Below, one piece after another: positions 8,576 through 17,574 of a DNA stretch of 64,000 bases. The stretch is from a virus, in the IMG/VR virus record IMGVR_UViG_3300034062_002027; one strand, given 5' to 3'. The notes beneath the pieces are model-generated. The model did no database searches. It was not told the origin of the DNA and saw only the letters and a program-made list of their open reading frames with translations. A program made the translations under genes and the position numbers. The stretch's first letter is position 1; each line of letters opens with the position of its first letter.

Positions 8576-8816
8576 TCGTCCATGCACTAGCAATAGCGCT
8601 CCGGTGATCTCACCAGACCCTGTCCCCGGACAGTCAGTCAGCGGACAGCCCGCTCTAAGGTTGGTCTGAGGCGATACCCGCAAGGGAGCAAGTCAGACAG
8701 GGTTTAGCCCTGTAGCTGTCCACTGTGACGCTAGATAAAACTCTGACATAGATGCAACCGTCAAGCCCACTCTGTGGGCTTCGCAGTGCCATCTTGCACA
8801 TAACTGGAGAGACCAC

Positions 8817-9062
8817 ATGACCAAGACTCAAATCGCCAAAGCCTACGCCGCCCTGCAAGCCATCGGCGCACCAGTGTTCAACAAGCCTGACTGGTTTGTG
8901 ATCAGCGGTGAAGACAACTACGACAAAGACACCAAGGAATACAAAACTTGGGCACTCGCAGAGTTCGACTTCATGCACCCTGACATTGTCGCCATCCTGA
9001 AAAAGAACGGCCTCAATTACGAATGGTATGACGGCGGCACTGCAAAAATCTTCGCCGCCTGA
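8817..9062 (+). CDS. hypothetical early protein
   Basis: 81 aa, preceded by a hairpin (8763-8781) and the conserved ACTGGAGAGACC element. Confidence 0.7.
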   Translation: MTKTQIAKAYAALQAIGAPVFNKPDWFVISGEDNYDKDTKEYKTWALAEFDFMHPDIVAILKKNGLNYEWYDGGTAKIFAA

Positions 9063-9121
9063 CATTTCAGCGGTCAGCCCTACGGGGTTGACCAGTGCAA
9101 TGTCGCACTACTGGAGAGACC

Positions 9122-9316
9122 ATGCAAAAACTCATTGACCGCTATCGTGCCAACCCCACTGAAGCAAACGCCCGTGCCGTGCTGGCCTACGACATCAAGC
9201 ACCCCTTCTCTTCCCTGCTGTTGGACAAGAAAGACGTTGTCTTGCTGGCCCGCCTGTTGGTTACCGATTGGGCAACCGATAACTGGTTGCCGATTGAATC
9301 AATCGAGGGAGTCTGA
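9122..9316 (+). CDS. hypothetical early protein
   Basis: I chose the internal ATG at 9122 because it sits behind a hairpin (9072-9093) plus ACTGGAGAGACC. 64 aa. Confidence 0.65.
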   Translation: MQKLIDRYRANPTEANARAVLAYDIKHPFSSLLLDKKDVVLLARLLVTDWATDNWLPIESIEGV

Positions 9317-9318
9317 CC

Positions 9319-9489
9319 ATGACCAGAGCACAACGTGCAATCCACAACTTCAACTATTGGTTCAACTGGCACGGGCACTGGATGTACAGCACAAAAGAGG
9401 CGGCATTCAAAACGTGGGTTGACCGAGGCATTATTGACTTGGATGACGCACCCGCTGGCATCGCTTTTGCCGACTTGACCACAGCATGA
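9319..9489 (+). CDS. hypothetical W/N/H-rich micro-protein (56 aa, below the ORF-track cut-off)
   Basis: My translation is MTRAQRAIHNFNYWFNWHGHWMYSTKEAAFKTWVDRGIIDLDDAPAGIAFADLTTA. It has a GAGGGAG SD and starts 2 nt after the upstream stop. Confidence 0.5.
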   Translation: MTRAQRAIHNFNYWFNWHGHWMYSTKEAAFKTWVDRGIIDLDDAPAGIAFADLTTA

Positions 9490-9552
9490 CTGATGAGGCC
9501 TGACGGGCCGAAACCCCTGCGGGGGTCTCATGCAACTAACTGGAGAGACACC

Positions 9553-9855
9553 ATGTCCATCAATGCCGCCCATCTGCAAACCCTGAATGAAGCCGCTGGC
9601 CTGATCAAGCTTGAATTGGTCGCCGCCCAAAAGGCGTTTAACAAACTGCCCAACTCCACCAACTGGCAGGTGTGCCTTCGGGCCATGTTCTCCCACCAGC
9701 AGATCGACCATGCCGTCCGCTCCCACACCGTTGACCGAGCCAAGCTGGCCGTTGATCTGCACACAAGCGCCCGGGGCGAGTGGCAGAACATCATATGCCG
9801 AGCCACTTTGGGCCTTGGCATTCGGGACTGCATTCAAGAGTTCGCCGTTTTCTAA
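9553..9855 (+). CDS. hypothetical early protein
   Basis: 100 aa from the ATG at 9553, behind a hairpin and ACTGGAGAGACA. Confidence 0.65.
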   Translation: MSINAAHLQTLNEAAGLIKLELVAAQKAFNKLPNSTNWQVCLRAMFSHQQIDHAVRSHTVDRAKLAVDLHTSARGEWQNIICRATLGLGIRDCIQEFAVF

Positions 9856-9872
9856 TTCACTGGAGACCAACC

Positions 9873-10052
9873 ATGAACAACATCAACGCCCGTGATGCAA
9901 AACGCATCATCCGAGAACTGCGCCTGATCCTGTCAGCCACACCGATTGATGCCCTGCCCCATGTAGCCAAGGGGTTGGCTCAGTCCTACAACCTGCCCCA
10001 GCGGGTCATGCTCAAGGCAATGGCCCGATTCACCCGTACCCAGCGCAACTGA
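9873..10052 (+). CDS. hypothetical early protein
   Basis: 59 aa. ACTGGAGACC lies 5 nt upstream of the ATG. Confidence 0.6.
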   Translation: MNNINARDAKRIIRELRLILSATPIDALPHVAKGLAQSYNLPQRVMLKAMARFTRTQRN

Positions 10053-10121
10053 TTCCACCGTGATGCCCAGCGTGCTGGGTATTGCAGTGCAACCTGTTTA
10101 AACACCAACTGGAGAATGACC

Positions 10122-10328
10122 ATGAAATTTGTACACCACGACACGGGCGAATGGGTTCGCCACAACCACAACACTGCGGCAACACGCACATCCAGCAGTG
10201 TCGTTGAATACGAAAACCTCAACGACATCGACAACAACTTTGTGCGGGACACCTTTGCATGGATGCTGGACAACGGCATGACTGTGACTAACTGCGGCTC
10301 CAGCGTGTTTCAAATTCGCACCGCTTGA
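10122..10328 (+). CDS. hypothetical early protein
   Basis: 68 aa, behind a hairpin (10063-10082), a GTTTAAAC and ACTGGAGAA. Confidence 0.6.
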   Translation: MKFVHHDTGEWVRHNHNTAATRTSSSVVEYENLNDIDNNFVRDTFAWMLDNGMTVTNCGSSVFQIRTA

Positions 10329-10375
10329 CCCCTTCCATTTAAACAAGATACAATCACTAGCACTGGAGAATTGAT

Positions 10376-10954
10376 ATGACTACAACCAACCGTGAAGACT
10401 GGCTTTCAGCCGCCGTGAGTGAACTGCGCCCCTTCTTCGATGCAGTGGGTGCGCCCCTGCCAGCGAACGTTCGTGTGACCTGTGGTTTCCCGTCCAACGC
10501 CAAGCGCTCGGGTGCGATTGGTGAATGCTGGGCAGACACTGCCTCCGCTGATCAGACCTTTGAGGTTTTGATCAGCCCTGTGCTGGATGACCCCTTGCGG
10601 GTGTTCGATGTGCTGGTGCATGAGTTGTGCCATGCCACTGCTGGGGCAATGAACCACGGTGTCAACTTCCAAAAGGTTGCCGCCTTGATGCACCTTGTGC
10701 CGAGCGCTGGCCCCAAGGGCTGGAAAGCCACTGGCCCGTCAGCCTCATTCATCCCTACATTCGGGTCAATCATTGACTCGCTGGGCTCATACCCTCATGC
10801 CGCCCTGACCATGTCCAACCGCAAGGTGCAGACCACAAGGATGCTCAAAGCAGTGTGCCCGTCCTGTGGGTACACCGTGCGCCTCACCTCTAAGTGGGCG
10901 GCCCTTGGCCTCCCTTCCTGCCCCGTCGATTCCGACACCCTCAACCTCGCTTAA
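10376..10954 (+). CDS. SprT-like zinc metallopeptidase-fold protein with C-terminal zinc ribbon
   Basis: 192 aa. It contains VLVHELCHATAG (HExxH) and CPSCGYTVRLTSKW...SCP. Confidence 0.7.
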   Translation: MTTTNREDWLSAAVSELRPFFDAVGAPLPANVRVTCGFPSNAKRSGAIGECWADTASADQTFEVLISPVLDDPLRVFDVLVHELCHATAGAMNHGVNFQKVAALMHLVPSAGPKGWKATGPSASFIPTFGSIIDSLGSYPHAALTMSNRKVQTTRMLKAVCPSCGYTVRLTSKWAALGLPSCPVDSDTLNLA

Positions 10955-10967
10955 TTGGAGACCTGCC

Positions 10968-12431
10968 ATGACTGACCTGCAACTCAAAATCAAAATCTTG
11001 GAATTGCCCATCGCAGTGGTGCTGGGTGCTCATGCCCAGTATGGGCGGGGCACTTTTTCGGGCACACCGTCCGAGCAAAAGTCCAAGGCCGCTGATTACC
11101 TGATCTCTTGCATTCGGGCCAACAACCTGACCCTTGATGAAATCAGGAACGCCACACCCGTGAAGCCCGTGTCCACATCCGCTCCATCGGTGGATGTGTC
11201 TGCCATCACCGCCGTTGCCAACCGTGCCGAGGCGTCTGCCCTTGATGCCCACTCCAGCCTGAGTGCCTTGCGACTCACCCTGCGGGATGTGGAGAGCCAA
11301 CTCACCTGTGAGATCAGAGACCGCCGTGATGACATCCTTGATGTCAAAGATGCCCTCGACAAGATGGCCTTCCAAGTCGGACAGGTTTCCATTGATGACC
11401 GTAAGGTTCAAGATGCCGTTGCCAAGGTGGTCGCTGATGCGTTTAAACCCTTTGAGCAAGCCGTGAAAGCCGCCGGGGCTCAGGCTGTAGTCGCAGACCT
11501 TGCATCTGTCCAAGTGGTGGATGTCAAAACCTGCTATGACGCTTTTGGTGTCGATGTGGTGGATACCAAGGGAAACCCCCTGAACGTGAGCATCTGGAAT
11601 GACCCGTCTGCCCCTGCGGTTGACCCTCACTTCATCTGGACTGATGACATTCTCCAGCACCTGATCTTGTCTCAGGACTCGGGTGAGTCGGTCTGGTTCG
11701 GTGGGCCAAAGGGTACAGGTAAATCCGAGACCGCCCGTCAGTTTGCCGCCGTTACGGGCCGTGCGTTTAAACGCATCAACTTCCACAAGTACACCAGCGC
11801 CGAGGATTACATCGGTGCGGTGGGTTTGGAAAACGGGCAGACCGTGTTCAAGCGAGGCGACTTCCTCGCCGCCTTTACGCACCCCTCGACCGTCATCCTG
11901 TTGGATGAGGTGACCAACGCTGACCCCGGTGAACTGGCCCCGTTGAACGGCTTTTTGGAGCCCAACAGCGCCGTGTCATTCGGTGGGTCTGTCCAGACCC
12001 GTGCCCCCGGTGTGCTGGTGTTTGCCGCTGACAACACGCTGGGCAATGGTGACGATACAGGCCGCTACGCTGGCACACGCCAGATGAACAGCGCCCTTGT
12101 TGACCGCTTCGCCCGTGTGGTGCAGTTTGACTACCTGCCCCTAGCCTCTGAGGTGGAAGCCTTGGTGCGTCACACTGGATGCAACCCCAAGCTTGCCCTG
12201 CACATCCTTGAGGCTGTCCATGTGGCTCGGCGTCAGGTGCTGACAGGCGAGGTGATAGATGCTCCCTCCATTCGGTCGGTGATCGCCTTCATTCGTGCCT
12301 TGCGTGTCTTGCCTGTAGACAAGGCATGGGCGACAACCATTGCCGCCCGTCAACCAGCCGAGTCCCTTCCGGGCTTGTCTGCTATCTATGCGTCTTGCAT
12401 CTGCGAGACAACAATCAACAACTACTTGTGA
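10968..12431 (+). CDS. MoxR/CobS-like AAA+ ATPase with ~230-aa helical N-terminal extension
   Basis: I chose the ATG at 10968 (GGAG SD). Walker A is GGPKGTGKS and Walker B is VILLDEV. The segment ALVDRFARVVQFDYLP is typical of the CobS/AAA_5 type. Confidence 0.8.
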   Translation: MTDLQLKIKILELPIAVVLGAHAQYGRGTFSGTPSEQKSKAADYLISCIRANNLTLDEIRNATPVKPVSTSAPSVDVSAITAVANRAEASALDAHSSLSALRLTLRDVESQLTCEIRDRRDDILDVKDALDKMAFQVGQVSIDDRKVQDAVAKVVADAFKPFEQAVKAAGAQAVVADLASVQVVDVKTCYDAFGVDVVDTKGNPLNVSIWNDPSAPAVDPHFIWTDDILQHLILSQDSGESVWFGGPKGTGKSETARQFAAVTGRAFKRINFHKYTSAEDYIGAVGLENGQTVFKRGDFLAAFTHPSTVILLDEVTNADPGELAPLNGFLEPNSAVSFGGSVQTRAPGVLVFAADNTLGNGDDTGRYAGTRQMNSALVDRFARVVQFDYLPLASEVEALVRHTGCNPKLALHILEAVHVARRQVLTGEVIDAPSIRSVIAFIRALRVLPVDKAWATTIAARQPAESLPGLSAIYASCICETTINNYL

Positions 12432-12438
12432 GGTTCCC

Positions 12439-14052
12439 ATGAACATCGAAACCATCCTGACCCGCCCCTCTGTGCGTGGTCTTGAATTCCGTCTCGGCCT
12501 TGAAGCCTACGCCCACAAGGTGGGGTCTGCCCTTGGCCTGTCCCGTGTGCGTGTCCTCTGGAGGGCAGATGTCCAGACTGCTGGCATCAATGCCAACGGC
12601 GACCTGTACTTGGCGGGTGTGCCTGATGATGCCAAGGTGAGCCGCGCCTTGGTGGTCAAGTACGCCGCCTATGTGGTGCATGAGTTGTTGCACCACAAGT
12701 ACACCGACTTTGATGTCATGTCCCCTGAACAGTACATTCGCACCCTGCACAATGCGGTGGAGGATGGCTGGATTGAGAACACCGGGATTGCCTCTGGCTT
12801 GCTGGGTAACATCGGCCCCCTGCTGGGTGAGATGATCGACACCATGACCCGTGAGGCTTTGGCGACCGTCAAGGATTGGAACGATCCCCGCCAGTACCCC
12901 TACATCCTCGCTGTGCATTGCCGTAAACACGCCACTGTCAAGTGCCCCACCAACCCCAAGTTGACCGCCATCTTCGATGAGGCCGCACGTTGGTGCTTGA
13001 CTGCAAAGGACAGCAACCAGACCCTCGCAATTGCCGAGTGGGTTTATGAGCAGATCAAGCAAGCCAGCAAGGATGAGCCCAAGGGTGATGGCAAGAAAGA
13101 CAAGGACAAGGACGGCAAGGACGGCCCAAGCAAGCCCTCAGACGGGCCTACAAGCCCCGATCAGCCCGAGGGTGAGGACAAGGGTGCAGACAAGGCCGAT
13201 AAGGGCTCTGACGGCCCCGCTGGCCCCGTGCAATCACCCGAGGGTGTCGAGGCCGACCCCGTGGAGCCCAAGCTTGGCGAGGGTGGCATTGCTGGCGCTT
13301 ACTCCACTGACGTTTCACTCAGGGATGAGCGCTTCCACCTGTCCAGCCGCACCATCCCTGACTTGGTCAACGCACCCGTCCCTGCCAAGCTTCGCTATGA
13401 AGTTAAGCGCCTGTTTGATGACTCGGGTCTGTCTGACTTCACCCGCAACCGCAAGGCCGGGGTTGTCAACATCCATGCCCTGCCAACAGTGGCCACTGGC
13501 AACGACCGTGTGTTTAAACGCCGCCTTGAGGTGGAGGGCATTGACTCTGCGGTGGTGATCTGCCTTGATGTCTCGGGCTCCATGTTTGAGGTGGAGTCTT
13601 GGAGACCAAAGCCCCTGATCGGCCCCGCTGTTCAGGCTTGCCGTGCCCTGCTGGAGACGCTGGATGCGGCTGGGGTCAAGACTGCAGTGCTGTGCTTTGG
13701 TGGGCAGATTTCAGTGCCCAAGGGCTTCAACAAGAACGTCAAACAGGCAAGCACCCTGCTGGGCACGGTACAGGCTGGCGGTGGTACGAACGACTACGCC
13801 GCCCTGCGCTACGCCCACCAGATGCTGGCCCAGCGCCCCGAGCGCCGCAAGATCGCCTTTGTGATCACTGACGGGTACGGCAAGCCTGATGCTGTGAAAC
13901 AGCAAGTCGCATCGGGTAAAGCCTTGGGTGTGACAACCATCGGCATCGGCATCGGTGCTGATGTGTCGTGGATATACGGGCAAGCAGTGACTGTCCGGGA
14001 CATTGCCGACCTCGGCAACGCAAGCTTCAAGCAGATCAAGCTTGCGGCATAA
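12439..14052 (+). CDS. zincin-like (HExxH) + vWA domain protein (CobT/DUF2201-type partner of the AAA ATPase)
   Basis: I chose the ATG at 12439. The N-terminal region has VVHELLHHKYTD. A K/D/G/P-rich disordered linker follows. The C-terminal vWA MIDAS pattern is VVICLDVSGSM...GGGTNDYAAL...IAFVITDGYG. Confidence 0.75.
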   Translation: MNIETILTRPSVRGLEFRLGLEAYAHKVGSALGLSRVRVLWRADVQTAGINANGDLYLAGVPDDAKVSRALVVKYAAYVVHELLHHKYTDFDVMSPEQYIRTLHNAVEDGWIENTGIASGLLGNIGPLLGEMIDTMTREALATVKDWNDPRQYPYILAVHCRKHATVKCPTNPKLTAIFDEAARWCLTAKDSNQTLAIAEWVYEQIKQASKDEPKGDGKKDKDKDGKDGPSKPSDGPTSPDQPEGEDKGADKADKGSDGPAGPVQSPEGVEADPVEPKLGEGGIAGAYSTDVSLRDERFHLSSRTIPDLVNAPVPAKLRYEVKRLFDDSGLSDFTRNRKAGVVNIHALPTVATGNDRVFKRRLEVEGIDSAVVICLDVSGSMFEVESWRPKPLIGPAVQACRALLETLDAAGVKTAVLCFGGQISVPKGFNKNVKQASTLLGTVQAGGGTNDYAALRYAHQMLAQRPERRKIAFVITDGYGKPDAVKQQVASGKALGVTTIGIGIGADVSWIYGQAVTVRDIADLGNASFKQIKLAA

Positions 14053-14090
14053 ACCAACCGCCCCTTCGGGGGCTTTCAAGGAGAATTGAA

Positions 14091-14270
14091 ATGAACGCAG
14101 AACATGAATGGCACATTGAGTTGGACTACATCCTGAGCAAGGTGCGCTACGCCAAAGAGATTCTCGGTGAGGGCGGTCTCGACTGCGCCTACCGAGCCAA
14201 CAAGGAACTGGAGCCTGTGCTGTTTAGGCTTCAAGAACTGTGCGAGATAACCAAAGGAGAGACAGCATGA
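14091..14270 (+). CDS. hypothetical small protein
   Basis: 59 aa from the ATG at 14091 (AAGGAGA SD). A small GCCCC-TTCG-GGGGC hairpin sits just upstream. Confidence 0.55.
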   Translation: MNAEHEWHIELDYILSKVRYAKEILGEGGLDCAYRANKELEPVLFRLQELCEITKGETA

Positions 14271-15022
14271 AGACATTCACACCAGACTGGATTGCATGGA
14301 TCAAGACCAACGTGGAGGCTGGTGTAAACAAGGATGCCATCTTCAAGATACTGCTGGACGCTGGTCATGCTCACGACTACATCCAAAAGGAGATGGGCTA
14401 CACACCCAGCCTTTGGCTTGGAGTGTCAGACAACCCTCGCAGGGCATTGCATGAATTCCTTCCGAACTACACCCGCACAGGCTTTACAAAGCTTCCAGCC
14501 CCGACCCTTTTGTTTCGCAAGATACTGGAGTTTTATCGTGTGGGGCTGGAGTCTCAAAAGGACGAGTTTGTGGAGGGGGAGTTCATTGTCAACCCCTCCA
14601 CGCCGAGCCGAGCGCCCAGCACCCTGATTGACCTGCCTGATGAACTGCGCACAGAGATACACGACACCCTCAAGCCACTGATTGAGGCGTGGTGCGGCCT
14701 GTCTGTTGAGCCGTCCTATGTGTACGGGATTCGCCTGTACAGGGACAAGGCCGTACTCAAGCCGCACCGTGACCGCATTGAGACCCACATCTTTGGGGTC
14801 ATCTTGAACGTTGACCAGAACGTAAGGGAGGACTGGCTTTTGATGATTGAGGATCATGCGTACAACGAGCATCAAATCACCCTCAAGCCGGGGGAGATGT
14901 TGTTCTACGAGAGCGCCCGTTTAAAGCATGGCAGACCAATCCCGCTCGAGGGTAGCGTCTTCGCCAATATCTTTTCCCATTTCACACCCACTGGTTACAT
15001 ACCGCCAAAGGAGACAACATGA
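14267..15022 (+). CDS. 2OG-Fe(II) oxygenase superfamily protein
   Basis: ATG at 14267 (AAAGGAGAG SD). It contains PHRDRIETH (HxD) ... ARLKHGRP (distal His/Arg), with double-stranded beta-helix spacing. The substrate is unknown. Confidence 0.75.
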   Translation: MKTFTPDWIAWIKTNVEAGVNKDAIFKILLDAGHAHDYIQKEMGYTPSLWLGVSDNPRRALHEFLPNYTRTGFTKLPAPTLLFRKILEFYRVGLESQKDEFVEGEFIVNPSTPSRAPSTLIDLPDELRTEIHDTLKPLIEAWCGLSVEPSYVYGIRLYRDKAVLKPHRDRIETHIFGVILNVDQNVREDWLLMIEDHAYNEHQITLKPGEMLFYESARLKHGRPIPLEGSVFANIFSHFTPTGYIPPKETT

Positions 15023-15138
15023 GACATGACCCGTTTGAATTCCACGGACTTACCCGTGCCGAGCGATGGTGGCGAATCGTTTTCTTGGTGGCCCTCATCG
15101 CCGTGCTGGGCCTTGATGTTTTTTACTGGAGACCCTGA
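15019..15138 (+). CDS. single-pass membrane micro-protein (39 aa)
   Basis: My translation is MRHDPFEFHGLTRAERWWRIVFLVALIAVLGLDVFYWRP. It is coupled by ATGA and TGATG overlaps on both sides. Confidence 0.5.
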   Translation: MRHDPFEFHGLTRAERWWRIVFLVALIAVLGLDVFYWRP

Positions 15139-15371
15139 TGACCGTAGAGCAGGTGACAGATGATGACTTGTTTAAACGCATGAGCAGTGCGTACGACCAA
15201 GTGGTGGCGGTGCTTGATGCGCACAAACTTGACAGGGATGAGGGCTTTTCCTTGATGGCGCAGATTCTCTGCCAGTTGTCGCATGACAACCGTGAGGACT
15301 TTATATGGAAGATGGACAAGTTTTACAGCATGGAGCGCTTTTTGCGCCCACAACCAACGGAGGTGCATTGA
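15138..15371 (+). CDS. hypothetical protein
   Basis: 77 aa. ACTGGAGACC lies upstream. Confidence 0.65.
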   Translation: MTVEQVTDDDLFKRMSSAYDQVVAVLDAHKLDRDEGFSLMAQILCQLSHDNREDFIWKMDKFYSMERFLRPQPTEVH

Positions 15372-15601
15372 TGATAGAACTGATTCAAAAACTGCGTGAC
15401 GAGCATCTTAAGGTCACGATCCACGACATTGGCGAGGACAAGCCCGTGTTTGCTCTGGCTGTTGTGATTGACGAGCCTTTAGACGTTTGGTATGTGGCAT
15501 TTGCGATAGGGTATGGGTTCACGCCTAAAATTATCGGCAAACTGCTGGTGTTCCCGCAATTGGTGGTGGACGTAAAGACCTACGACTTCATCTGTGCGTA
15601 A
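15371..15601 (+). CDS. hypothetical protein
   Basis: 76 aa from the ATG at 15371, which overlaps the upstream stop (TGATG). Confidence 0.6.
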   Translation: MIELIQKLRDEHLKVTIHDIGEDKPVFALAVVIDEPLDVWYVAFAIGYGFTPKIIGKLLVFPQLVVDVKTYDFICA

Positions 15602-15827
15602 GGTCTCGACCCTGATTGACCCCTGCCCTCACTTTGCCCGACAGGCCTTGAAATACTCCCACCTTCTGGAGATCACCAATGACACAACTAACGTCAAGCG
15701 AAACGAGCGGTTCATCAGGTACAACCCAACCCGGCAGGTCTGGTGCGTTTACACGCAATCAACGACTCCCCAAATCTACGGGAGATATACCAACGTGATG
15801 AGCGCCGTGTTTCATGCGCTCAAATGA
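15594..15827 (+). CDS. hypothetical protein (start uncertain)
   Basis: GTG-initiated ORF without a clear SD, but the translation looks globular and it runs up to the terminator. Confidence 0.4.
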   Translation: MRKVSTLIDPCPHFARQALKYSHLLEITNDTTNVKRNERFIRYNPTRQVWCVYTQSTTPQIYGRYTNVMSAVFHALK

Positions 15828-15829
15828 AA

Positions 15830-15868
15830 GGGGGGAGAAGTTTCGGCTTCTCCCCCCTGTTTTTTTTC
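15830..15868. terminator. rho-independent terminator between convergent units
   Basis: Perfect 11-bp stem GGGGGGAGAAG / CTTCTCCCCCC with loop TTTCGG, followed by TGTTTTTTTT. It sits between the plus-strand early block and the primase-helicase gene stop. Confidence 0.85.
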
Positions 15869-15879
15869 GTCTGTACTTT

Positions 15880-17574
15880 TCAGAAATTGTCCAGATTCTC
15901 CGAGTACGTCCCTGCGGTCTTGTTGAAGATCAGGGTTGTCTCGCCTTGAGTGCCTACCCAGCGGTAGCGACTCTTCCAGACTGCCAACTCCGTGTAGGTG
16001 TCCTTGCGGTGTATCGTAATGCCGCAGTCTGTCTTCGCCCACCATGCCATCGACCCACTGATTGACATCCCGTCTGGACGGGGTTGCTCAACACCAGAGC
16101 GGTTGATCTTGCTTGGATGGGCGACAAACCATGTGTGAACGTCATGTGCCATGCAGAACTTCTTGACCCGTGTCAGCATATCGCTGATGGCATTGGTCTC
16201 GGTCTTGTCCTTGCCTTCCATCTCAATGTAGTTGTACGGGTCAATCACCAGACCCCTCACCCCCATTCTCTTGACCGCCGCCTTGGCCCTTGTGAGGATT
16301 GAGTCCAAGGTGCTGGGCTCTTCGCCGTTGGTGTCGATGAAAAGGAAGTGGTCATTCACCCAGTTAAACGCATCCTTCTTCACCTGATCGGACATCCTGT
16401 CCCGGCCCTCATAGAACGATTGGTGGCTGTACAACTCCATCAGGCGGGTGATGTGGACTTCGGGTTGATTCTCAAAGGAGCAGATCGCAAACTTCCAATC
16501 GGATGATCTTGCGAGGTTGACCATCAACTGATCAACAAAGTTGGACTTGCCTGATGACGGGTAACCTGTGACCACCGTCAACTGCCCCGGCGCTACGGTG
16601 TAAATGTTGTCCACCGATGGGTAGCCAGTGCTGAACCCCTTGCCCGTACCCTTGTTGTACAGGTCGTTGATCTTGTCAAAAAATGTTGATGCTTCTGAAA
16701 TGCCGTTGATGGGATAGGCTTCTGCGCCTTCGATGATTTTGTTTAAACGTTCCTTCGGGCCGTCGTCAGCCGTCGGGTCGTCGTCCATCCATGCTTCGTT
16801 TAAATCCTTCCATGCAAACTTGGCGAGTCGGCATTTCTCTTTTCCGATGCGTCTTGCCAGTTCCTCTGCAAGAGCCTGTCCCGGCCCGTCCTGATCGGTG
16901 GCGAGGACAACGTAGGGGGCGGCATCGATGATCTCTCTGGCGTTCCACACAAAGGCAAACTTCTTGTCTTCGGTCGGCAGCACTTTGCCATCTGCGACCT
17001 TGACGGGAGCGCCGCCCGGAACACTGACCACATTGTTTAAACCTGCTTCGATGGCGGTCAAACAATCCATCTCTCCTTCGACAATGATGATCGGTTCACC
17101 CTTGACCACCTGATCGATCCCAAAGAAATCGTGGGCTCCACCTGCGTCCTGTGTGAAGTCCTTCGCTTCGATACTTCGGTACTTTGCCGAGACGAGCGCC
17201 CCGCCTCTGTAATAGGGGAACCCAACTGCCTGTGTGGGTTTGCTGAGACGGGAGAAAAACTTTTCTGCTGAGAACAACCGCATCCTGTCTGCGGTTTCTT
17301 TTGAGATGCCCCGAGACTTGAGCCAGTCGTAGTGGGGAGGTGATAGTTTGTTGCTGGTTATCGTTGGTGACGGGACGGCGGTCAATTTAAACTCCTTGGG
17401 TTGCACCGATCCTGATGCAGAGCAGTGATGGCAGTGGTAGACAACGGCCCCGTCCGTCTTGCGGGTCAGCGTCATGTCTTTGATGTTTTGTTTTCTGCGG
17501 TCTGGAGAACAGAACGGGCAGATCACTCGGGTTGTTTCGTTGAAGTACGTCTCTTGGACGAGGGCTTCAATCAT
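15880..17574 (-). CDS. bifunctional primase-helicase (T7 gp4-like)
   Basis: 564 aa. It has an N-terminal zinc finger (CPFCSPD...CHHCSASG), a TOPRIM segment (IIIVEGEMDCLTAIEAG) and a DnaB/RecA-type Walker A (GYPSSGKSNF). Confidence 0.85.
   Translation of the reverse strand: MIEALVQETYFNETTRVICPFCSPDRRKQNIKDMTLTRKTDGAVVYHCHHCSASGSVQPKEFKLTAVPSPTITSNKLSPPHYDWLKSRGISKETADRMRLFSAEKFFSRLSKPTQAVGFPYYRGGALVSAKYRSIEAKDFTQDAGGAHDFFGIDQVVKGEPIIIVEGEMDCLTAIEAGLNNVVSVPGGAPVKVADGKVLPTEDKKFAFVWNAREIIDAAPYVVLATDQDGPGQALAEELARRIGKEKCRLAKFAWKDLNEAWMDDDPTADDGPKERLNKIIEGAEAYPINGISEASTFFDKINDLYNKGTGKGFSTGYPSVDNIYTVAPGQLTVVTGYPSSGKSNFVDQLMVNLARSSDWKFAICSFENQPEVHITRLMELYSHQSFYEGRDRMSDQVKKDAFNWVNDHFLFIDTNGEEPSTLDSILTRAKAAVKRMGVRGLVIDPYNYIEMEGKDKTETNAISDMLTRVKKFCMAHDVHTWFVAHPSKINRSGVEQPRPDGMSISGSMAWWAKTDCGITIHRKDTYTELAVWKSRYRWVGTQGETTLIFNKTAGTYSENLDNF

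Noticed and set aside
8378-9065. Two minus-strand ORFs (101 and 136 aa) in the control region and over the first early gene
   Set aside because: They have no SDs. They overlap the hairpin/ACTGGAGA units and the well-supported plus-strand gene 8817-9062, and their composition is implausible.
10941-11882. 313-aa minus-strand ORF antisense to the AAA+ ATPase gene
   Set aside because: It is fully embedded antisense in a gene with clear Walker motifs. It has no SD and a low-complexity G/R/L-rich translation, typical of a GC-rich antisense frame.
15679-15798. Alternative 39-aa S/T-rich ORF behind the CTGGAGATCACC element
   Set aside because: The translation is low complexity and is embedded in the longer, more protein-like frame 15594-15827. 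The motif match is kept in mind, and which frame is used remains open.
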